A model generated the notes under the pieces. The model made no database searches. It was not told where the DNA came from and was given only the letters and a program-made list of their open reading frames with translations. A DNA stretch of 59,473 nucleotides from Candidatus Woesearchaeota archaeon (GTDB taxonomy: Archaea; Nanobdellota; Nanobdellia; Woesearchaeales; UBA525): the NCBI GenBank assembly GCA_014874255.1, contig JACWAN010000086.1:1-59473 (forward strand). Reading direction: 5' to 3'. Shown piece after piece: positions 38,348 to 44,529 of this stretch. Within the stretch, counting starts at the first letter, position 1. The number at the start of each line of letters is the position of its first letter. Made by a program: the position numbers and the translations under genes.

Positions 38348-39855
38348 CAACGCGCCTCCGCGACGCTCGGCGCGCTGAGCGTGCAGTTGACGCTGAGCAC
38401 CAGCGTCTGCGGGTTCCGGTACGCGATGGGGAAGCACGTCCGGTCCTGGAGGACGGCGCCGAACTCCTGGTAGCGCGCGTTCTCCGCGGGGCCGACGAGG
38501 ATGTACGAGACGTTGTACCGCGCCAGGACCTCCGTGGCCGCGACCGTCGACGGCGTGGTGTACGCCTGGTCCAGGTCGCCGAGGATCGCGTCCGGGTTCG
38601 AGATGAGGAGGTAGTTCTCGTCCGCGATCGACGGCCGATGGGCGAGCTCGTCGAGGAGGAAGCCGCTCTTCGGCGCGGCGAGGACGACGCTCCCGGCCGG
38701 CGTGCTGTTCCGGAGCCACGCCATCGCGTCGAGCTCGCTCTGCGTCGGGCTGCTGCCCGGGTAGACGCCCGCGACGATGGCGGGGAGCACGCTCGTCAGG
38801 ACGAAGAAGGCGATGAGGAGCGCGACGCCCCACGGCTGCAGGCGGGTGAAGCGCGACTTGCGCCAGTACGCGGCGAGGACGCTCAGCGCGGGCGCCGCCA
38901 GCAGGACGAAGACGATGCTGAGGAGGATGAGCGCGGTGCGGAGCGGGAGGAGCTGCGCGAACCCGGTGAGGAGGGCGACGAGGCCGAGGGCGGCGAGGAA
39001 GAAGACGCGCCTGCTCCGCTGCTCGAACGAGGAGCGGTAGAGGCTGGCGCTGCCCAGCATGAGGGGGACGACGCCGACCGCGTAGACCATGCCGAGGAGC
39101 GTGAACTCGCCGAAGCTCGCCAGCCGCACCGTCGTGGGGAGGCTGCCGGCGAGGATGCCGAAGCCGTAGCGCTGGAGCGCGTCCTTGTACGTGATGATCG
39201 TATACCAGGCGGCGAGCAGGAAGGCGAAGAGCGCCGCCTCCGTCATGGCGGGCGTGATCCGCATCTTCTCCGCGGCGAGGATGAGGAAGTAGGCGACGAA
39301 CGCGGCGAGGAAGACCCAGACGAGGGGCGAGACGAAGGTGAGCGCCGCCGCCGCGATGAGCGCCCGCAACGGGTGTTCCTCGAGGTCGAGCAGCGCGAGG
39401 ACGAAGGCCGCGCCGAGGGGGAGGGCGAGGCTGATCGTCGAGGCGTCGTTGAGGCCGCTCGTGAAGAGGAGGGGCGAGAACCCGGCGAAGAGCGCCACCA
39501 GGAGGCTGACGCCCCGGCTCTTGGTGAGGCGGTGCGCGATCAGGTACGCGATGGGGACGAGCGTCGCCATGAGGATGTTCGGGACGATTTTCATGGCTGC
39601 TGCCGCGGGCGCGACGAGGGTGACCAGCGCCAGGAGGTAGTAGAAGAGCGGCGGGAACTCGTATCTGCGTCCTTCGTAGCTGTACGGGTCCGTGTACTCG
39701 GGCAGCCCGGTCTTGTGGATCGCTTCCGTCTGGAGGATGGTGAAGTAGCTCTGGTAGCTCGGCTGCGCCGTCTGGTAGGCGACGAGCAGCCGGAGCCCGA
39801 GGACGAGGAGCGTCAGCCCGAGGAGGAGCAGCCCGTACTTCGTGCGGCTGTGCAT
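38347..39855 (-). CDS. polytopic membrane protein, GT-C-like (ArnT/PMT/STT3 superfamily-like)
   Basis: 502 aa. An acidic/aromatic first loop (PEYTDPYSYEGRRYEFPPLFYY), many TM segments, and a C-domain ..YNVSYILVG. Confidence 0.5.
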   Translation of the reverse strand: MHSRTKYGLLLLGLTLLVLGLRLLVAYQTAQPSYQSYFTILQTEAIHKTGLPEYTDPYSYEGRRYEFPPLFYYLLALVTLVAPAAAAMKIVPNILMATLVPIAYLIAHRLTKSRGVSLLVALFAGFSPLLFTSGLNDASTISLALPLGAAFVLALLDLEEHPLRALIAAAALTFVSPLVWVFLAAFVAYFLILAAEKMRITPAMTEAALFAFLLAAWYTIITYKDALQRYGFGILAGSLPTTVRLASFGEFTLLGMVYAVGVVPLMLGSASLYRSSFEQRSRRVFFLAALGLVALLTGFAQLLPLRTALILLSIVFVLLAAPALSVLAAYWRKSRFTRLQPWGVALLIAFFVLTSVLPAIVAGVYPGSSPTQSELDAMAWLRNSTPAGSVVLAAPKSGFLLDELAHRPSIADENYLLISNPDAILGDLDQAYTTPSTVAATEVLARYNVSYILVGPAENARYQEFGAVLQDRTCFPIAYRNPQTLVLSVNCTLSAPSVAEAR

Positions 39856-39925
39856 GCCCTTCCGAAGAACCGGCCGCGTTTAAAAACGTTCTCGGGGAGT
39901 TTAAATAAGGCGCCGGTCCAGGGCA

Positions 39926-40158
39926 CCCTTTTTTTTCCGGACCGTCGTCCCTCCTTCCCGTCTCTTCTTTTCCCTTCCTTCTCCCCCTTCCATCCCTCGT
40001 TCTTTTTCCGTTCGTCGTCCCGTCGTTCCGTCCCGTCCTTTCCGTCCGTTTTTTTCCGTTCCGTCTTTTCCGTTCCGTCTTTCTTCGGCCGTCCTGTTTT
40101 TCCCTTCTCTCTTTCCCCTCCGTCTTTTCCGTCCCGTCGTTCTTCCATCGTCCCCGTC
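39926..40158 (+). repeat. 233-nt A-depleted polypyrimidine tract with degenerate TCCGT-type periodicity
   Basis: Only 3 A residues (39941, 39992, 40147). G occurs almost only in CG. Motifs such as TTCCGTC recur. Confidence 0.85.
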
Positions 40159-40363
40159 AGCCCCTTGGCACAAGGCCCGGCGGCGAGGATGCGGCCGCAG
40201 CCGCATAATCCCGAGCCGCAGTCGCTAGCGCTCCTGCGCACGATGCTCAGAAACCGCGGTTTCTGGCATCCCGGAAACGCACGGCGTTTCCCGTGACTTC
40301 GTCGTTGCGCCGTCAAAATCTCGGACCGGATGGGAGAACTGCTCGGCCGGGCTGACGGGGACG
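40149..40363 (-). ncRNA. S-family structured element, copy F (inverted orientation, large internal insertion)
   Basis: On the minus strand: closing stem CGTCCCCGTCAGCC (rc of 40350-40363) / GGCTGACGGGGACG (rc of 40149-40162). Blocks TTCTCCCATCCGGTCCGAG, GATTATGCGGC..GCCGCAT and CTTGTGCCAAGG. Confidence 0.45.
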
Positions 40364-40467
40364 GAAGGAAAGGGCCTGAGAAAGGAAAACGCGGCGAAGC
40401 CGCCTCCGGAGATTCTCCACCCGCGAGTCAGGAAGATTTTTTAACACCGGAAACTTCCCGTCCGGCC

Positions 40468-41361
40468 ATGAGCAAGAAAGAGTTCTTCCATCGGCCGACG
40501 CCGAAGGAGCTGCGCGCCGGCCCCGGCGTCGAGGAACGCGTCACGTATCCGTACGTCACGGCCGCGCTCATCGAACGGCTCGCGCCGGACGGGCATCTCG
40601 TCGCGGACGGGTTCTGGCCGACGCGCTCCCAGCCGTTCCTTGCGCACGCGCCTCTCCTCCGGCTCTCTGCCGATCGTCGAGTCCGCGAGGAGTCCGACCG
40701 CCGTCTCGCCGCGTGGCGCCGTCGCTGGTCGCCCCTCGCCGGGTTCGGCTGGGCCGCGAACGGCCCGACGAGGAGCGTCCCGCTGAATGACCTGCTCGAG
40801 GGCGTGGCGCTCTACTGGTATGACCTGCACAAGTTCCCCGAGGAGACGTCCGAGAACCGTCAGAAGCGCCTCGAGGACGAGGTGGAGATCTACGGGTTCG
40901 GCGACCCGGGCGCGTACGCCGCGGTCACGATCCCGGGAAGGAGCGGCGCCTCCTACCACGCGCGCATCCAGCCGCTGCCGCTCGACGCCGCGTCCTGGGG
41001 GCGGATGCGGATAGACGCGAAGCATCGCGGCTTCGTCTACCACGGGCCCGGCCTCGACGCGGACGCGTCGCGCATCATGACGACCGAGCACGAGGTGGCG
41101 GCGTTGCTCAAGCTCGAGGAGCAGCTCTGGCGGCGCGGCGAGCGGAACGTCTCGTTCCTCCCCCGTCCGTCGGAAGCGTTCCTCCGGTTCTATCGCGCGG
41201 CGCAGCGCCAGCTCCTCGTCCGCTTGCGGTATGGGGGGAAGACGCGCGTGGCGCGCGCACGCGAGGCGGATGTCGAGCTGGCGGCGTGGGGCTATGTCCG
41301 CAACCACGCGGACGCGTTCCGGCCCGAGAAACGGCTATTTTCGTACGACATCGCTCGATAA
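40468..41361 (+). CDS. hypothetical protein
   Basis: ATG 40468 within ORF 40330..41361. 297 aa of normal composition. No recognisable domain. Confidence 0.5.
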   Translation: MSKKEFFHRPTPKELRAGPGVEERVTYPYVTAALIERLAPDGHLVADGFWPTRSQPFLAHAPLLRLSADRRVREESDRRLAAWRRRWSPLAGFGWAANGPTRSVPLNDLLEGVALYWYDLHKFPEETSENRQKRLEDEVEIYGFGDPGAYAAVTIPGRSGASYHARIQPLPLDAASWGRMRIDAKHRGFVYHGPGLDADASRIMTTEHEVAALLKLEEQLWRRGERNVSFLPRPSEAFLRFYRAAQRQLLVRLRYGGKTRVARAREADVELAAWGYVRNHADAFRPEKRLFSYDIAR

Positions 41362-41375
41362 AAAAAGGTTCTCGC

Positions 41376-41651
41376 CTACTCCTCTTCCGGGCTGTAGTTC
41401 GGCACGGCGGACTTGTTGATGATCATGATGTCGCCGATGCTCTTGACGAGCTGGTGCGGGACGATGACGCCCTTCGCGCTGCCCAGCACCTTGTTGAGGA
41501 AGCTGTTCTTCGTCGCGCGGACGCGCCACCCGAAGATCTTGTTCTGCGTCAGGATCATCTCCTCGACGTCGCCGAAGTAGTCGCCGGTGTCGGTGAACAC
41601 CTTCATCTCGTACGTCTCCGTTATCCGCTTCATCTTCAGCATGCGCATCAC
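41376..41651 (-). CDS. PRC-barrel-like small protein
   Basis: 91 aa with VFTDTGDYFGDVEEMIL..GVIVPHQLVKSIGDIMII. TATA-like ATTTAAAT about 35 nt upstream. Confidence 0.55.
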   Translation of the reverse strand: MMRMLKMKRITETYEMKVFTDTGDYFGDVEEMILTQNKIFGWRVRATKNSFLNKVLGSAKGVIVPHQLVKSIGDIMIINKSAVPNYSPEEE

Positions 41652-41708
41652 CTTGGAGCTTGATATGCTGCTACAAGACCGTCAGTATTTAAATGTTTTG
41701 GGGATGCG

Positions 41709-41876
41709 GGCTCTTAGACAAATGAGGTGTTGCCGGCCAAAGGGCGACCCGTAGCGATAAGAAGAAACGGAGAGTTGAGGGGGTTGCCCCCTACGGGGCT
41801 TCAACGATGCAGCGAAGAACGAAACGACACGGGTCGCAGCCGGCAACACCGCCGAAGGTGAATTTGCCTAAGAGCC
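41709..41876. mobile_element. R-family MITE, copy R3 (168 bp)
   Basis: TIRs GGCTCTTAGACAAAT / ATTTGCCTAAGAGCC. The flanking direct repeat is at least GGATGCG (41702-41708 and 41877-41883). Confidence 0.8.
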
Positions 41877-41948
41877 GGATGCGGCCGCGATGAAAATGCG
41901 GGTCACCGTCCTTCCCTCCGCCGGCCGATCCGTCGCCGGTAGTCGCGC

Positions 41949-42096
41949 CGTGGTCGCTGCTGCTCCCGGGTTCCTCGTATGACTCGGAACCGTGGTCGCT
42001 GCTGCTCCCGGGTTCCTCGTATGACTCGGAACCGTGGTCGCTGCTGCTCCCGGGTTCCTCGTATGACTCGGAACCGTGGTCGCTGCTGCTCCCGGG
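41949..42096. repeat. perfect 42-bp tandem repeat, 3.5 copies
   Basis: Unit CGTGGTCGCTGCTGCTCCCGGGTTCCTCGTATGACTCGGAAC at 41949, 41991 and 42033, with a partial copy at 42075-42096. Confidence 0.9.
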
Positions 42097-42144
42097 CGCT
42101 CCTACCGTCAGAACAGTCGCCGGTAGTCGCGCCACCCTCCTTTC

Positions 42145-42543
42145 TCAGCGCAACCGTTCTTCGAGGAGTTTCGAGAGCTTGCCGATGATGGCCTGGATGC
42201 GCGGCACGTTCCGGCTGACGTAGTCCGCGGGCACCATGAACCCTTCGTACGCAATCCTGTTCCGGTACTCCCTGAGCCCCTGCAGGAAGACCCTCGTCCC
42301 CTCTCCGAGCAGGTATTCCTTGCACGCATGGTCGATCAGCCGGGTGTGCGCGCCGTCGCCCTGCGTCTTGACGCCCTCGACGGCCGCGAGCGCCTCGAGC
42401 AGCTTGTGGATGATGTCGTAGTAGTCGGTCAGGGTGTTGGAGGGATAGGCCTCCTTCTCGGTCAGTTCGAGCCGTTCGAGGGTGACCATCGCCATCTTCC
42501 TGAGCGAGGCGGCCTTCTGCGGGTCCGGACGCACCTTCCGCAT
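42145..42543 (-). CDS. HEPN-domain protein (toxin partner of MNT)
   Basis: 132 aa, all-alpha, with LREYRNRIAYEG in the motif region. Its start abuts the stop of the upstream nucleotidyltransferase. Confidence 0.6.
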   Translation of the reverse strand: MRKVRPDPQKAASLRKMAMVTLERLELTEKEAYPSNTLTDYYDIIHKLLEALAAVEGVKTQGDGAHTRLIDHACKEYLLGEGTRVFLQGLREYRNRIAYEGFMVPADYVSRNVPRIQAIIGKLSKLLEERLR

Positions 42544-43098
42544 TCAGAACGCCTCCAGATAGCCGCTCAGGACGACGCCGTTCGCGATGTTGTTCTTCAG
42601 TTCCGCAGGGTAGCGCTTGAACTCCGCTCTGCGGTGGAGCTGGATCCTCCGTCCGAGCTTCCGCTCGAACGACGCGAGGTCGGGCGCCTCGGCCTCGCAG
42701 GCGAGGTAGAGGTCGATGTCGCTCTCTTCCAGGTCCTCTCCCTTGGCGTAGCTCCCGAAGAGGACGATCGCGTCAGGGAGCATCTTCTCCTGCAGGAAGG
42801 CGATGAGATGCGTCTCTTCCAGCTGGAGGAGGTTCTGGATGCGTTTCGCTGAGCGGTAGGTCTCGCTCTCCACGTCTGCACGGTACTTGATGTATCGTCG
42901 CCCCCCCTGGAGCTCGATCCGCTCGCGGATGATGCCTTCCTTCCTGAGCGCCGCGAGATGCGCCTTGACGGAGGTGTGGGCGAGCTTCACCTTCCGCGTC
43001 ACGTCGACGAGGCCGTGCTCCTTCCCGGGTTCCCGGAAGAAGACGCCCGCCACCCGCCACATACTACATTTTTGTAACATGTGTGACATTTTTGTCAC
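42544..43098 (-). CDS. wHTH-fused minimal nucleotidyltransferase (MNT); start uncertain (43080 or 43062 possible)
   Basis: NTase motif LFGSYAKGEDLEESDIDLYL. N-terminal wHTH (LAHTSVKAHLAALRKEGII). The TATA-like TATTTAAAT at 43103-43112 is too close to 43098. Confidence 0.65.
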   Translation of the reverse strand: MTKMSHMLQKCSMWRVAGVFFREPGKEHGLVDVTRKVKLAHTSVKAHLAALRKEGIIRERIELQGGRRYIKYRADVESETYRSAKRIQNLLQLEETHLIAFLQEKMLPDAIVLFGSYAKGEDLEESDIDLYLACEAEAPDLASFERKLGRRIQLHRRAEFKRYPAELKNNIANGVVLSGYLEAF

Positions 43099-43229
43099 AT
43101 CTCCTATTTAAATGTTGTCGATCGGTGGCCGATCCTCCGTATCTCCGGAGCGTTTCCGGATTCTTTCCCGCAACCGTTAAGAAGGTTTTTCTCCTCACTC
43201 AGCTATCGCTCGGTGCAAACATTTTTAAA

Positions 43230-43255
43230 GTATACTGTAGTATACTGAGGTATAC
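43230..43255 (+). promoter_or_regulatory. three phased GTATAC palindromes (putative antitoxin operator) downstream of a TATA-like box
   Basis: GTATAC at 43230, 43240 and 43250, with exact 10-bp phasing. ATTTTTAAAG at 43221-43230. ATG at 43257. Confidence 0.5.
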
Positions 43256-43256
43256 C

Positions 43257-43505
43257 ATGAGCGTGACGACCATCAAGGTGCGGGGCGAGACGAAAGCGCT
43301 GCTCGACGGCTTCCGCGAGCATCCATCGGAGAGCTACGACCTCATCGTGCGGAAGCTCGCGAGCGTGGCGAAGGTCGCCTGGAACGAGCCGAAGCTCAGC
43401 AAGCAGACCGTCCGGGAGATCGACGCCGCACGCAAGAGGATCGCCGCAGGCGAGTACTACACCGAGCAAGAGCTGAAACGGCTGCTCGGTGTGCGCCATG
43501 CATGA
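43257..43505 (+). CDS. RHH/CopG-like antitoxin
   Basis: MSVTTIKVRGETKALLD is a ribbon-helix-helix start. It overlaps the downstream RelE-like ORF by 8 nt. Confidence 0.6.
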   Translation: MSVTTIKVRGETKALLDGFREHPSESYDLIVRKLASVAKVAWNEPKLSKQTVREIDAARKRIAAGEYYTEQELKRLLGVRHA

Positions 43506-43741
43506 ATTGATCATCGACAAGGAGGCGGCGAAGGCCTTGGCGAAGCTCCCGCGGCGGGCGAGCGGTCGGATGCTCCGGGAAGTTGTTCGCATCGAAGGAT
43601 GATCCGTACCGCTTCTTCTCCCGTCTCGTCGGCAGGACGGATTATCGGCTGCGCGTCGGCGACTATCGCGTCTTCGCGGAGATCGACGCAGTACGGATGG
43701 TGGTGACTGTGGTCAAGCACCGCAGGGACGCCCATGACTAG
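43498..43741 (+). pseudogene. relE: RelE/ParE-family toxin, frameshifted
   Basis: Frame 1 gives MHELIIDKEAAKALAKLP..VVRIEG* (stop at 43600). The +1 frame from 43601 gives DPYRFFSRLVGRTDYRLRVGDYRVFAEID..VVTVVKHRRDAHD*, the canonical RelE C-terminal half. Confidence 0.6.
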
Positions 43742-43884
43742 AACCGTCGCTTATAGTCTCTCCATGGTCGCTGCCGCTTTCGGAAGACGGTCGTGCGTTC
43801 CGGACGCTCTCCGGTTTTTTCTCAGCAACCTTTTTCTATCCCTCCCTCCTCTTCTGCACAGACGAGAGCGAAAAATTTAAAAAG

Positions 43885-43903
43885 CAGTTTACTGTACAAA
43901 CTG
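43885..43903 (+). promoter_or_regulatory. inverted repeat CAGTTT-N7-AAACTG overlapping the vapB start region
   Basis: It lies between the TATA-like AAAAATTTAAAAAG (43871-43884) and ATG 43905. Confidence 0.4.
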
Positions 43904-43904
43904 T

Positions 43905-44135
43905 ATGGTGAGTGTCACTGTGGCCGTTACGCCGGACCTGAAGCAGGAGATGGAGCGTTACCAGGATGTCAACTGGAGCGCGGTCGCGCGGGACGCGATC
44001 CAGCGCAAGCTCCTCGTGCTCCAGCGGATGGACGAGCTCCTCAAGGACAGCACGCTCACTGAGAAGGATGCGCTCTCGCTCGGCCGCAAGGTGAACGCGG
44101 CGATGGCGAGGCATCCCCGTGCGTCTCGTCGTTGA
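43905..44135 (+). CDS. vapB: VapB-like antitoxin
   Basis: 76 aa. Overlaps the downstream PIN gene by 17 nt. Confidence 0.55.
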   Translation: MVSVTVAVTPDLKQEMERYQDVNWSAVARDAIQRKLLVLQRMDELLKDSTLTEKDALSLGRKVNAAMARHPRASRR

Positions 44136-44529
44136 TGCGAACATCCTCTTCGCCGCGCTCGTCAGGGACGGCCTGACCCGCCAGCTTCTCTTCGAGCACG
44201 AGCTGCTCGCGCCGACGTTGATGCTGCGGGAGTTCCGCAAACATCGTGCCGTGCTCGAACGGAAGACCGGATTGCGTGACCACCTCCTCGACGAGCTTCT
44301 CTCCCTGCTTATCCAAGGTTCTGGCCTGCGTTTCCTCGAGCCGAGCGGTCGGATGCTCCGGGAAGCGGAACGCTTCTCCCCCGACAAGGGCGATGTCGAC
44401 TATCTCGCCCTCTGTCTCGATGAGGGCTGTGATCTCTGGTCGAACGACAAGCCGCTCCGTGGACAGGCGCGCGTCCGTGTCTGGTCGACGGAAGAGCTTT
44501 TCGGGAGCCGTCAGAACCGTCGCCGGTAG
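44119..44529 (+). CDS. vapC: PIN-domain toxin VapC
   Basis: GTG start. VVDANILFAALV (first acidic residue), ..DVDYLAL.., ..LWSNDK. Confidence 0.75.
   Translation: MRLVVDANILFAALVRDGLTRQLLFEHELLAPTLMLREFRKHRAVLERKTGLRDHLLDELLSLLIQGSGLRFLEPSGRMLREAERFSPDKGDVDYLALCLDEGCDLWSNDKPLRGQARVRVWSTEELFGSRQNRRR

Noticed and set aside
35529-40296. Long plus-strand ORFs (35529-37046, 36818-38473, 38638-40296) and the minus-strand ORF 36951-38207 across the envelope operon.
   Set aside because: They give extreme R/E/G/D composition and have no start context. The minus-strand frames chosen give hydrophobic TM proteins and GT2 motifs with coupled stop/start codons.
39813-40316. Minus-strand ORFs (167 aa and 101 aa) rich in G/K/R/E across the polypyrimidine tract.
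   Set aside because: They are pure low-complexity translations of a T-free strand. They overlap the operon promoter and S copy F, and have no start context.
41949-42096. The 42-bp repeats as a CRISPR array.
   Set aside because: The units are directly contiguous with no spacers, and no cas genes or leader are present. This is a simple tandem repeat.
42108-42134. The TA-cassette boundary repeats as canonical integron attC sites.
   Set aside because: The motif contains a direct (GTCGC..GTCGC) repeat rather than the imperfect inverted R''-L''/L'-R' structure. No GTTRRRY core and no intI-like gene are visible. The cassette-like organisation is reported as a finding without that label.
41791-42135. 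114-aa minus-strand ORF with (GSSSDHGSESYEEP)n.
   Set aside because: Its C-terminal third is encoded by MITE R3, and its start lies within the duplicated 18-mer. It is more likely a gene remnant than an expressed CDS.
43597-43605. Programmed +1 frameshift in relE.
   Set aside because: No slippery heptamer or stimulatory structure is evident. Toxin decay or a sequencing error is the simpler explanation.
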